A DNA stretch of 64,000 nucleotides. Origin: Erysipelotrichaceae bacterium (GTDB taxonomy: Bacteria; Bacillota_I; Bacilli_A; Erysipelotrichales; Coprobacillaceae). The translations under genes were made by a program, and so were the position numbers. Positions within the stretch are counted from its first letter, which is position 1, and each line of letters begins with the position of its first letter. Below are positions 36,509-46,769 of the stretch, one piece after another. The DNA lies in the NCBI GenBank assembly GCA_021770925.1, contig JAETPY010000002.1:2369-66368 (forward strand). Direction: 5' to 3'. The notes under the pieces were generated by a model. The model did no database searches and had not been told where the DNA came from. It saw nothing but the letters and a program-made list of their open reading frames with translations.

Positions 36509-37294
36509 ATTTTCTGCTCTTATCCATTTGCCGTTAATGTAACGGAACTTATAAGGATAGAGACATTTTTCTTCAGCTAAATGACTGCATCCAGTACAAT
36601 CTTTTTCTTTTTTAAAATCAGGTGGAATTTTTATTTTATATCCATATGGACATAATGCATTTTCTAACTCTTTTTTAGAATTGAAAGGCTGATGTATTAG
36701 CGAACTGTTTTCATACTTGTTATTTAGATAGCTGACTGATTTTTTTAAACACTCCTCAAAAATTATATTTTTAAGCTCATCAAGTTTTTCGTAATCCTTT
36801 ATTAAATCATTAATGTTTATATAGAAATTGTATTGACTGACAGGAATATTTTTTTTATCAAAATAGAGTTTTACAATAAATTCATTATCCTCAATAATAA
36901 ATGTAAAAGTATTATTTTTATGATTAATATTGGAAACTTTATACTGCAAAATTTTTTTTGCTTCTATTCTTTTTTTCAACTCTTTGTTTTTTAAATGGAT
37001 TTTCAAATATTTCATGGTTTCTTTTGAAATATTTAATATTTCAGGATAATCACTCTCATTTAACTGTTGCCATATAAATTCGGGTATAAAATTGTTAATA
37101 TTAAAGTAGCAGTGGTTTTCATACATCTTGTGCCTAAAATGATTTTTTTGTTTTTCTGAAAAAACAGCAATCAGTGGTTTTTTGCACTGCGGACATATAC
37201 AATTGCAATTTATACCTGCTTCATCTTCTTTAAGGTCATTTATGGTTACTAATAAATTATTTCTCAAACCAAAAGGTATTTTATTATCGCGCAT
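36494..37294 (-). CDS. Protein with CoiA-like N-terminal zinc finger and C-terminal Cys cluster
   Basis: CNCICPQCKKPLIA...HFRH; CPYG...CTGC...CLYP. Confidence 0.5.
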   Translation of the reverse strand: MRDNKIPFGLRNNLLVTINDLKEDEAGINCNCICPQCKKPLIAVFSEKQKNHFRHKMYENHCYFNINNFIPEFIWQQLNESDYPEILNISKETMKYLKIHLKNKELKKRIEAKKILQYKVSNINHKNNTFTFIIEDNEFIVKLYFDKKNIPVSQYNFYININDLIKDYEKLDELKNIIFEECLKKSVSYLNNKYENSSLIHQPFNSKKELENALCPYGYKIKIPPDFKKEKDCTGCSHLAEEKCLYPYKFRYINGKWIRAENKKSE

Positions 37295-37326
37295 TTTATA
37301 ATCTCCTGTTATAAATGAATAAATTC

Positions 37327-37358
37327 AAAATCAGTGGTCATACATGACTACTGATTTT
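37327..37358. repeat. ICE palindrome copy 7
   Basis: aaaatcagtggtcatacatgactactgatttt; overlaps the stop codon of the HTH gene. Confidence 0.75.
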
Positions 37359-37611
37359 TTTGTATATCTTTCTCATTGAGTTCAAGCAATGTATTTCCAT
37401 CCTGATCTATAAAACATAATCTGGTTTCAGTTGCCTTTGCTAAAAGAATAAGATCACTTACCCGATATGAATCAGTAGTTCTTTTTTTGTTCATTGTTTG
37501 AGGAATAGCGCCAATTGTTCTTCCAAAATCAGCAAACGAAAGTCCTTTTCCAGCTAAAAGGGATTTTATTTTTAAAGTTATTTTTGAATCATCTTTTTTA
37601 TTTTTACGCAT
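37348..37611 (-). CDS. XRE/Cro-type HTH regulator
   Basis: IKSLLAGKGLSFADFGRTIGAIPQTMNKK helix-turn-helix; divergent from the recombinase. Confidence 0.7.
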   Translation of the reverse strand: MRKNKKDDSKITLKIKSLLAGKGLSFADFGRTIGAIPQTMNKKRTTDSYRVSDLILLAKATETRLCFIDQDGNTLLELNEKDIQKNQ

Positions 37612-37762
37612 TGTTGTTCACCTCATAATTATTATACCTCCAAAAATATAAATAATCAATTTTTATTATAAAATAGCAAAAAAACATTATTTGTATATTG
37701 AAAATAATAATAAAAAAATATTATTATTTAATCATAAAAGATTATTTTTTAAATTATTATGA

Positions 37763-39133
37763 ATGGAGAGAGTAATGATTATTATGAAGAGAATAAACCA
37801 CTTTGATACCCGAAGAATAGCTATTTATATAAGAGTATCAACAAAAAAACAATATGAAGAAGGATGTAGTTTAGAAGTTCAGGAGAACCAATGTAGAAAA
37901 TTTGTATATAAAATGGGATATACTGATGATGATATTGATATATATTCAGATGGCGGAAAATCAGGTACTAATATCAATCGTGCTGATTTATTAGATCTTT
38001 TAGATGGAATAAAAAAAGGATTATATAAAATGGTTGTTATGATGAAATTTGATCGACTGACTAGAGACCTCATTGACTTTAATTCAATCATAAAAATATG
38101 TAACAATATGGAGTGTTCTTTGATTCCGCTTGACAATCCTAAAACGGATTTAAAAAATCCTATGGAAAAAGCTAATGCAAATGTTTCAATGATTTTTTCT
38201 CAACTTCAACCTGAACTTACTTCACAAAGAGTTAAAGATGTGATTCGAGATAAACTCGAAAATGGTTTGTATCCATTTGGTGGCAAACCACCATTAGGAT
38301 ATATCAGAGAAACCAGTGAAAAACTGGTGATTTCAAACAATGCTGAAGAAGTTAGAGTTGTGAAAAGAATTTTTCATGAGATTTCAATAGGAAAAAGTGC
38401 GTTGCAGTTAGCTGCTGAGTTAACCATTGAACAGGCTTTAGGGCGTTCGTGGGTGGATAAAACACTTATTAGAATGTGTAAAAATAGAATTTATATCGGT
38501 GAGGTTGAATGGAACAATAAAATATATAAAAATATTTTAACGGATTTAATAATAGATAGAGATACTTTTAATAAAGCAAATTATTTTATTAATCGGTCTG
38601 CAAGAATTAGAAAACATGATTATGCGTATCATAATCTTTGTATATGCAATGACTGTTCAACGTATTTAGAACAAAAAACAACAAATAAAAAAGGTAAAAT
38701 ATACTTCTATTATTACTGTCCAAAATGTAATAAAAGAATTAATGAAAAAATAATAGATCGTCAATTAACGAATGTTACTAATGATTTATATAATAAAGAA
38801 ATTTTAAATATAGAAAAAAGTTGTGAAGAAAAGGAAATTGAAAAAGAGATAAAGCGATTGTCAAAAATAATTTCAAACTATTATGAAATAACAGTTACAG
38901 AAGGGACAAAAGAACAGTTATTAGAGTATAATGATTTTAAAAAAAGAACTGATAAAAAAATAAGTTATTATAAAAAACAATTAAAAAGTATTCAGGAAAT
39001 TCAAAGAAAGAAAGTAAGCCATAGTATTACTTCTATAAGCAAAGAATTAAAATGTCAGCTTTTCCAAAAATATGTAAAAGACATTAAAATAAATTTGGTC
39101 GAAAAAAAAGTTCTTAAAATAACTAGAATTTAG
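37763..39133 (+). CDS. Large serine recombinase (ICE integrase)
   Basis: IAIYIRVST catalytic Ser, DGGKSG, DRLTR, PLGY, YIG, zinc ribbon CNDC...YYYCPKC, coiled coil. Confidence 0.93.
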   Translation: MERVMIIMKRINHFDTRRIAIYIRVSTKKQYEEGCSLEVQENQCRKFVYKMGYTDDDIDIYSDGGKSGTNINRADLLDLLDGIKKGLYKMVVMMKFDRLTRDLIDFNSIIKICNNMECSLIPLDNPKTDLKNPMEKANANVSMIFSQLQPELTSQRVKDVIRDKLENGLYPFGGKPPLGYIRETSEKLVISNNAEEVRVVKRIFHEISIGKSALQLAAELTIEQALGRSWVDKTLIRMCKNRIYIGEVEWNNKIYKNILTDLIIDRDTFNKANYFINRSARIRKHDYAYHNLCICNDCSTYLEQKTTNKKGKIYFYYYCPKCNKRINEKIIDRQLTNVTNDLYNKEILNIEKSCEEKEIEKEIKRLSKIISNYYEITVTEGTKEQLLEYNDFKKRTDKKISYYKKQLKSIQEIQRKKVSHSITSISKELKCQLFQKYVKDIKINLVEKKVLKITRI

Positions 39134-39162
39134 TTGATAAACACCTGTTATTATAGTATAAT
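39134..39162 (+). promoter_or_regulatory. Outward-facing SigA-like promoter at the ICE end
   Basis: TTGATA-17 nt-TATAAT immediately after the recombinase stop. Confidence 0.55.
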
Positions 39163-39276
39163 ACTATCAGAGGAACTATTTTACAATAACTTTGATTTTA
39201 AGAAGCATGAGTTCGATTATATCGACCAACATGGCTCCATTTGAGGTTTGTAAGTTTTTATTTTATATAAAAAGTT

Positions 39277-39307
39277 AAAGTTCTCTTTCTATGAAGGAGA
39301 ACTTTTT
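39277..39307 (+). terminator. Intrinsic terminator beyond the putative att site
   Basis: aaagttctctttc-tat-gaaggagaacttttt. Confidence 0.65.
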
Positions 39308-39972
39308 GATGTTAAATCTAAAGAATATTGATTATGGTATTAAAATATAAAATCTTAAAAGATCGATAAATTAAAAACTATTAAAATAAATATATTCGCT
39401 AGAAGTCATTTTGATAGATTTTAGTTATTATAAAAAAACTGGCAACAAAACAAAGCTTGTTATAAAAGAAATAACATTAAAAATAATTCACTCTGTTAAA
39501 ATCATTTATGATTATATTAAGAATGAAAAATCGAGAAGTAAAAATGAAATTATATAATGATCATACCTTTATTCTAAAAGAATAAATCTAATTATAGGAA
39601 AAAGAAAGATTAAAATTAATGTAAATAGAAAAAAATATACAACCAGCCTATTATAGCCCAGCCCTGTTAGTAACCCAATCGATATCTATACAAGTAATCA
39701 AATTATTTATTTAATAAAATTATAGCTATATCTTAAAAATATAATATCCATTTTGATAAAAAAAGAAAAGAGCTTACCATTTTTGATAAGCCCTAACAAT
39801 CAAATTGTTAAATCATATATCATTTTCACCTCATTATAACTCATTCCTAATTATATTTTATATCAGAAATCATTTTTATTACGACAATGCTGTTTTCTAA
39901 TATACCATTAATAAATAGTATCTCTATCGTCATTTAAGCATATGATTTTTAATCACTTATTATTTATTCTTC

Positions 39973-42282
39973 CTAATCTTTTATTAATGAACATACTGAT
40001 ATCTTCTTAATTTTCTTTGCAAGTATTGTTTCAATAATAATTGTGCTTAGTATTATTAAAACTACTATACTTAAAAATATTATAAATGGATATTCAAAAC
40101 TTACTTTATATGCTCCAACTGATTTAAATATTCTATTATATATATTATTCATAAATATTTTGCTTACTATGAACCCTAGTAATGTACCTATAATTGTACA
40201 AGGCAAAAATCCCCCAATTAACTGTATAACTAATTGCTTATTTTCATATCCGATTGCTTTAAATATTCCAAATTCCTGTTTTCTTTTTATAATAATAGAT
40301 GAAATAAGCATATATAAAATTAAATATATCAGTAACAATGTAACTGTGATAATTACAATGCAAATAATACTTATTAACGAAACATACATATTCATAGCAG
40401 AATCCATTGATTCTGCATAGTTCATTGTAGAGATAATATCACTATTATACTTATCTTTAATTTGATTTATAAACTCTTCTGCTTTATCTTCATTTTCTAA
40501 ATAAGCATACATTGTTTTTGGCAAATATGAATTATCTAAATTTTTATAACCATTTATGGTCATTTCCATGACTTCACCAGAGTAATTAACAGACTGAATA
40601 AATCCAACAACTTTATATTTATTTTCTACTCCATTTTTACTTAATGTAATATAGTCACCAATATTTATATTATAAGTTTCTTTAATTTTGCTTCCTATCG
40701 CTACTTCCGTTTTTGTCTTTGGATTACTACCCTCATAGCATAAATCATTTGCAAGTATTTCATAATTTTCTGCTACAAATGTTTTATAAGAATTACCATT
40801 ATAATTTATACTAGTATTTTCATCATAATAAATAATATTTTTTACATCATCTTTTACTTCATTTCGCAAGTCTTTATTTGATGAAATAATAACTGATGGA
40901 TGTTCTTCTACTAAAGTATTTATAAAATTAATAGGATTCATATTAATATTATAAAATAAGATTCCGACAAATGATGATATCATCGTTATAAAAAACAACA
41001 CTATTGCAAGCAATACATTTTGCTTTTTTGTACTTATAAAATTCTTTAACATCAAAATAAAATGAATATTAGCTTTAGATTTTTCTATTTCAAAATAATT
41101 CTTATTATTTCCTTTTTCATTAATTCCCCTAATTGCATTTATAGGATTCAGTTTTTTTATCTTTAAAGCAGCAAAAAGAGTAAATATAGTTATTAAAATT
41201 AAATTAATAGACAATACTAGTACATTTAACCATAAATACAGTTTCTCTTTCCAAATAAAACCTGACTGCATTTCTATAATCTTGCTTAGAACTGGCAGTA
41301 TGAAATATGATGTAACTATACCAAATAAAGTAAATAATAATCCACTTATTATATACGGAAATATACAAGATAATATTATTGTTTTGCTAGTATACCCTAA
41401 TGTTTCGAGTGTTCCCATATTAGGCATTTCTTCTTCTATAGTTTGGCCTATTTTAAATTTACTTACAAATAAACTTATAATAAGCATTGAACCTGCAAAA
41501 AACACGAGTATTAAAACTAATATATTTGAAATAGCAAGTCTTGCATTTTTTGATTGTTCTTTATAATTTTTATTTAACACATTGATATCCTTGCTACTAA
41601 GATATTTAGATACACTATTATAAGCTAAATGGCTATCTTTTGCTTTTAGAGATAAAGTTACAGTTTCCTTATCTTTGTTATTTGAAAGTAAATAATTATA
41701 AGAATCACTTTCCAAATATTCTCCTATTACAGATGAAGAATAGTTGCCATACTGCATTTCATTTACTACACCTCTTATATTAAAAGTGTATGGTATACCA
41801 TTTATATTAAATTCATATTTATCTTTTTCATCTTTTGAATGAATAAAAGTATAATTTGAAAGATATACTCCATATCCTGTATTATTACCTGTTCTTTTTA
41901 TTATTTCCCTTTTATTTATATTAAGATTGTCATCAATGTTATAAAATATTTGATTTTGTTCTTGAATAGCTCCATCCATATCTACTGGGATAGAAAGGAT
42001 TATTCCTTTTTGAATTTCTGCATCAGTAATTCCTTTCATATTTTTTATATTTTCTAATAAATTATCAGAATATTCACTACCTGGTATTACAAAAAAGCAG
42101 CTTGCTGTATTTAATCTATCAAATTCATCATTATAATCTTTACTAATATTACAATTTATTATAATAGCACTAGAAAACAGTATTGTTGCAATAAAGAGAA
42201 TAATTGAAAATGAAACGATATCTTTTAAATTTTTCTTAAAGAAATATTTTGATATGGCAATTATTTTTTTCAAAATTACCAC
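39973..42282 (-). CDS. FtsX-like ABC exporter permease
   Basis: Two TM bundles, each with a G(T/I)xxxxGY motif (MGTLETLGY, FGIFKAIGY). Confidence 0.85.
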   Translation of the reverse strand: MVILKKIIAISKYFFKKNLKDIVSFSIILFIATILFSSAIIINCNISKDYNDEFDRLNTASCFFVIPGSEYSDNLLENIKNMKGITDAEIQKGIILSIPVDMDGAIQEQNQIFYNIDDNLNINKREIIKRTGNNTGYGVYLSNYTFIHSKDEKDKYEFNINGIPYTFNIRGVVNEMQYGNYSSSVIGEYLESDSYNYLLSNNKDKETVTLSLKAKDSHLAYNSVSKYLSSKDINVLNKNYKEQSKNARLAISNILVLILVFFAGSMLIISLFVSKFKIGQTIEEEMPNMGTLETLGYTSKTIILSCIFPYIISGLLFTLFGIVTSYFILPVLSKIIEMQSGFIWKEKLYLWLNVLVLSINLILITIFTLFAALKIKKLNPINAIRGINEKGNNKNYFEIEKSKANIHFILMLKNFISTKKQNVLLAIVLFFITMISSFVGILFYNINMNPINFINTLVEEHPSVIISSNKDLRNEVKDDVKNIIYYDENTSINYNGNSYKTFVAENYEILANDLCYEGSNPKTKTEVAIGSKIKETYNINIGDYITLSKNGVENKYKVVGFIQSVNYSGEVMEMTINGYKNLDNSYLPKTMYAYLENEDKAEEFINQIKDKYNSDIISTMNYAESMDSAMNMYVSLISIICIVIITVTLLLIYLILYMLISSIIIKRKQEFGIFKAIGYENKQLVIQLIGGFLPCTIIGTLLGFIVSKIFMNNIYNRIFKSVGAYKVSFEYPFIIFLSIVVLIILSTIIIETILAKKIKKISVCSLIKD

Positions 42283-43034
42283 CCCATTTCTTTTAAAAAA
42301 TCATCTAATAATTCAATTCTTTCTTTATCGTTTTCTTTATATTTATTTAAAGAAAGTTCACCAAATATTTTACCATCTTTTAAATATATAACTCTATTTC
42401 CTCTTAACGCACTTTTTTTATCATGTGTGACCATGATAATACTTTGACCATTATTATTTAGTTTTGTTAAAACATCAAGTACAGCATTTGAATTTTCAGA
42501 ATTTAATGCTCCAGTTGGCTCATCTGCAAATATAACTGCTGGATCATTTATTGCAGCTCTAACAATCCCAGCACGCTGACACTCCCCACCAGATATTTGA
42601 TTCACATTTTTTTTATATATAGTTTCTGGAATATTAACACTTGTGAATAATTCTTTTGCTTTTTTTACAATTACTTTTTTATTACTGCTAACGAGTAGTC
42701 CTGAGACCAAAACATTATCCATTAAACTCATTTTATCAAGCAAATATATTTGTTGAAAAACAAAACCACAATTTTTTCTTCTAAATATTGCAAGCTGATC
42801 ATTACTCATTTTAGAAATTTCTTCATTATTAAATATTATACTTCCGCTTGTTGCTTTATCCATTCCAGACAAAAGATACATCAAAGTAGACTTTCCTGCA
42901 CCACTTGAGCCCATTATAATTGTAAAGTCATTTGTATATATGTCTAAATCAAGCTTATTAATTATAGTTTGAGTTGAGCCGCTGTTTGAAAAATTCTTAA
43001 CCAAATTTTTAACACTTATAATTTTTTCTTTCAT
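42276..43034 (-). CDS. ABC transporter ATP-binding protein (LolD/MacB-like)
   Basis: GSSGAGKST, ISGGECQR, ADEPTGAL, VTHD. Confidence 0.92.
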   Translation of the reverse strand: MKEKIISVKNLVKNFSNSGSTQTIINKLDLDIYTNDFTIIMGSSGAGKSTLMYLLSGMDKATSGSIIFNNEEISKMSNDQLAIFRRKNCGFVFQQIYLLDKMSLMDNVLVSGLLVSSNKKVIVKKAKELFTSVNIPETIYKKNVNQISGGECQRAGIVRAAINDPAVIFADEPTGALNSENSNAVLDVLTKLNNNGQSIIMVTHDKKSALRGNRVIYLKDGKIFGELSLNKYKENDKERIELLDDFLKEMGW

Positions 43035-43035
43035 T

Positions 43036-43632
43036 TCAATTCTCCTTTATCAATTGAGTTATAAATGAAAGTGTCCCCGTTTTTGCACCATATATTTTTT
43101 CTAATGTATCAATAAATACATAAATCTTTTTTTCATTTATTTCCTTATGATCAAACATTTCGTTACTTAATATTAAAGTCATCCTAACCCTTTCTTCAAT
43201 ATTATCATCTAAATTAAATAATCCTGTATCTTTTGCTTCTCTTACTAACTCAGAAAGTATTGGAACTGCTTCATCAATAATTCTATCATTAACTTTTTTG
43301 TGTAAAATAATATTTTCTTTTTTATGTATAGTATCTTCTACTGTTTGTTCTTCAGGTGCTACTCTAAGTGCCAGAATAATATAAACTAACTTTTCTTCCA
43401 GCTTCAATTCTGTCTTTAATATTTGTTTTGCCTTTTCTACACTTTCATCAATCATCATATTTATAACTTCTTCTAATATTTGTTCTTTACTTTCAAAATG
43501 GTAATAATAAGTACCCTTAGCAATTCCAGCACTTGCAATTATGTCATCAACTGATGTATTTTCATATCCTTTAGTGATAAATAACTCATAGGCTTTTTTT
43601 ATTAATTGTCTTTTTCTTGTTTCTTTTTTCAT
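43036..43632 (-). CDS. TetR/AcrR-family regulator
   Basis: GYENTSVDDIIASAGIAKGTYYYHFESKE; GAGGT RBS before ATG 43632. Confidence 0.92.
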   Translation of the reverse strand: MKKETRKRQLIKKAYELFITKGYENTSVDDIIASAGIAKGTYYYHFESKEQILEEVINMMIDESVEKAKQILKTELKLEEKLVYIILALRVAPEEQTVEDTIHKKENIILHKKVNDRIIDEAVPILSELVREAKDTGLFNLDDNIEERVRMTLILSNEMFDHKEINEKKIYVFIDTLEKIYGAKTGTLSFITQLIKEN

Positions 43633-43645
43633 ATAACCTCTCACT

Positions 43646-43730
43646 TTTTAGACTATTAGTCGGTTTTATTATATTATATGTTAATATATTAAAAGTGTCA
43701 ATACTTTTTTAGACTAATAGTCTAAAAAAG
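43646..43730. promoter_or_regulatory. Two palindromic TetR operators (GACTAwTAGTC)
   Basis: gactattagtc at 43651-43661 and cttttttagactaatagtctaaaaaag at 43704-43730, upstream of tetR. Confidence 0.7.
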
Positions 43731-44339
43731 TAATAATCCTTTCAAAACTATTAATCTTATATATTACAATCTAAAAATATAGATAATTTTATAGTACGAA
43801 AATTTTAAACAAAGTAAAACCATCTTAATTCATAGATTTTAGATTCTTTATCAAATATAGAAAACCAAGCTAACTATTATTATAATTAACAAAACAAAAT
43901 TAATTAAAAAATAATCTATACAATCAATATTAATTACAAATATGGTATCTGCTTTTAAAAAAGCCCTTTTAAGAACAATGAATATTATCCCAGCAGCAAA
44001 ATTTATTAGATTAAAATCTTATTAATACAAAAAACTCATACAATTTGTTCCAAAACAAAAAAGCTTTTTTTGCACATTCAGATTAAATTCTAGAACAGCT
44101 TAAATATCAAAACTTATTTTATTCAGGCTAATATTTTATACTTTTTCTCAAACTAATTTAAATACCAAATTAGTTCATCATCGACATATTCAGAATCCAC
44201 AATAATTTTCGCCATTTTCAATATAAAACTCAATCAAAGATGATATTATTCATCATATTTTGATTGAGTGATTTTAATAAGCATGAGGTTATGCATGCTT
44301 ATTTATCTAAAAATTAAGCTCTATTTAATTTATTTTCTT

Positions 44340-45230
44340 TTATTTTACACTTTGTAATAAACGAATAAAATGATTTGCCTCTCTAACAACATGATCCGCC
44401 AACAATGGGATAATAATGCTTTTAATTTGGCAATTTAAAATTCCTTCTTCTCCAGTCATTTTAAAATTTCTAAAATCTATTGTTTCTTTTAAACTAATAT
44501 TTGTTAAATCATTTAAGTTGTTATCATGCTGTCCAAGAATCTTCTCGTATTGTCTTACATATTTATCAGCCGATTCAAATAGATTCTTTTCACTAGGATC
44601 TAGTAATCCTCTAATAAATTCTGCATGTTCTTTCATAATTGTATTCCAAAAAAGCTCTTGCTGGTATAAATATCTATCAGTAATTTGTTCTCTATTTTCA
44701 ATTTTATAAATTAGATTATAATACATTTTTGCCTCGTTCATTATATGTTTGATTAATAATGGATAATTTGTTGTAAACATAGTACAATTAAGAACATTTT
44801 CTAATATATTATTTTTGAAATCTATTAATTGTTCAATCAACGACAATGCATGTTGATTTAAATTACCTACACTACTAACAAGTTGTGCATTTGCATTAGT
44901 TTTTCCCGAACACAAACCAATCTCTTTCATTGTTAATTCTGTATCAATATAAATACCAGTTAAATTAATTGTTTTTTCTTCTGATGCTAAAGTATTATTA
45001 GTTACAATTTCATTAGCTGCTAATAACTCATCACTAACATTACCATTACCTAAATCAATTGCATTTTCCAATATATCTGCAAAAGAACATTGAAAATTGT
45101 TTGCAATTCTCTTTAAATAATCATCTTTATCTAAAAACGCAGCTGCGATAAATAAAGCATGTTCTTTCATAATACGAGCAAAAAACAAATGTAACTCTAA
45201 AGAAGTCCTTACATAATCATTATTGTTCAT
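44340..45230 (-). CDS. DUF2935 domain protein
   Basis: Duplicated FxxxIMKEHAxFI motifs; LADHVVREANHF. Confidence 0.85.
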   Translation of the reverse strand: MNNNDYVRTSLELHLFFARIMKEHALFIAAAFLDKDDYLKRIANNFQCSFADILENAIDLGNGNVSDELLAANEIVTNNTLASEEKTINLTGIYIDTELTMKEIGLCSGKTNANAQLVSSVGNLNQHALSLIEQLIDFKNNILENVLNCTMFTTNYPLLIKHIMNEAKMYYNLIYKIENREQITDRYLYQQELFWNTIMKEHAEFIRGLLDPSEKNLFESADKYVRQYEKILGQHDNNLNDLTNISLKETIDFRNFKMTGEEGILNCQIKSIIIPLLADHVVREANHFIRLLQSVK

Positions 45231-45466
45231 CAGCCATTTCCCTCCAATAATGTATATGATGAAGTTTTATAATTATTCTTTTAATTAAATAATATGATCT
45301 AAAATAATGACTTTCTCTTTGTTATCAAACACTACAACAATAAAAAAGGATACTTTAAAAAGCACCTAATATATGTAAAAAATAATTTCATTTCTTTGAA
45401 CATGTAATTTTTCATTCTTCAATGATTTTCAGCAGATACAATTTCTCATCACAGTTTTTAATAAAG

Positions 45467-45835
45467 TTAAATTAGGTTAATTATTTTAGGAATAAATATC
45501 ATTAATCCAATTATCGCTGCGCCAATTGCTAAAACAAGAACCCCACCTGCTGCTGCGTCTTTAGCAATCTTAGCTTTAGGATGAAACTCAGGCATAACCA
45601 TATCAACAGCCGCCTCTATAGCTGTATTAAATAATTCACCTGCAATCACTAATGAAAATAGTATAATACATAGTTTCCATTCAGTCGCACTCAACTTTAA
45701 TATAACTCCTGCAATAATTACTAAGATCATTACAAATAAATGAATTTTCATATTCATTTCTGATTTAACTGTCGTTAATATTCCTTCAAATGCATATTTA
45801 AAACTATTTATCCTCTTTTTTAATTCCTGCATCAA
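45467..45835 (-). CDS. dgkA: Diacylglycerol/undecaprenol kinase
   Basis: SFKYAFEG, ELFNTAIE, AKDAAAGGVL. Confidence 0.9.
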   Translation of the reverse strand: MMQELKKRINSFKYAFEGILTTVKSEMNMKIHLFVMILVIIAGVILKLSATEWKLCIILFSLVIAGELFNTAIEAAVDMVMPEFHPKAKIAKDAAAGGVLVLAIGAAIIGLMIFIPKIINLI

Positions 45836-45932
45836 ATTATACTTCCTTTCTATTATATAAAAATTTTACTAATTATCCTAATTAAAATCAACGTTATTTA
45901 TCTTTTACAATCAAAAAAGAGGATCATCCTCT

Positions 45933-46769
45933 TTAAAGCCAGTTTATTTTCGGAATATATGTGTATCTGCTTAATAATTCATATGCTTGAATAAGAACCG
46001 CTTTTTCATTATCAATGTTCTGATAAATGCTAAGCAGTTTCGTTTTTATTAAATTATCATTACAATCATTATTTATTGCAATCTGCATAAATTCATCTGG
46101 AAACAGCAAGCGTGCATATAGATAAACTAGTTCATCACTTGTCAGATTCCCAATATTTATATATTCTTCTAATTCATCAATTGTAATTAAATTATTTTTA
46201 TATCCTGTAGTTAAATCTTTAATTCTTGAAGCAGCGACAAAATTACTTGGGCAGCATAATGTTTCATAATTATCTTTTAGATAAAAGTGTTCTATACCAG
46301 CAGGCAGATTAGCAGATTTTATCTGATTCAAAATACTGATTGCAGATTCTCCTAACCCCTGATAGTAATACGATAATACTACAAAATGTTCAAAATGACT
46401 AATTCTAGAAGCATAGTTACCCACTTTACATTTTGCTTCGTCTAAAATTTTACACCAGCTTTCTTTTATTTTTGATACCTCAATTATTGAATGAATTGGA
46501 AACATTGATTGACGAATAAATATATCTAAAGTATATGATTCAATTTGATAAGTATATAAGATATGATCTAAAGTTATGGGTCGATTAAAACAGTTATTTA
46601 CAACTGTAAATCCAGTCAAATTTAGACTATTAATATAATATGAATAATTGTTTGTAAAATTGTTTACTCTACAAAAATAATAATAGTTATCTTGATACGT
46701 AAAATAATCACTTTCTTGATCTAAATAAATTTGATAAAAGCGCTGTAATATTTCTAATTTTGATACCAA
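45933..46769 (-). CDS. Spore-coat kinase-like protein (YutH-like)
   Basis: YYQGLGESAISIL, RIKDL, YLYARLLFP motifs; next to yunB. Confidence 0.55.
   Translation of the reverse strand: MVSKLEILQRFYQIYLDQESDYFTYQDNYYYFCRVNNFTNNYSYYINSLNLTGFTVVNNCFNRPITLDHILYTYQIESYTLDIFIRQSMFPIHSIIEVSKIKESWCKILDEAKCKVGNYASRISHFEHFVVLSYYYQGLGESAISILNQIKSANLPAGIEHFYLKDNYETLCCPSNFVAASRIKDLTTGYKNNLITIDELEEYINIGNLTSDELVYLYARLLFPDEFMQIAINNDCNDNLIKTKLLSIYQNIDNEKAVLIQAYELLSRYTYIPKINWL

Larger units (their letters stand above)
1..39240. mobile_element. Integrative conjugative element (right part; left end outside window)
   Basis: Co-located T4SS genes (VirB4, VirD4, VirB6, PrgI, NlpC/P60), oriT/MobC/relaxase, primase and a terminal large serine recombinase. 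Genes are almost all + strand, then switch to - strand housekeeping genes after ~39.3 kb. The right boundary is approximate. Confidence 0.9.

Noticed and set aside
39200-39245. Intact tRNA or tmRNA gene
   Set aside because: Only GTTCGAT and GGCTCCA fragments are present, with wrong spacing and no cloverleaf.
40558-40575. Possible eighth palindrome copy (tggtca-tttcca-tgactt)
   Set aside because: 6-nt spacer, mismatched arm and inside a coding sequence; probably chance.
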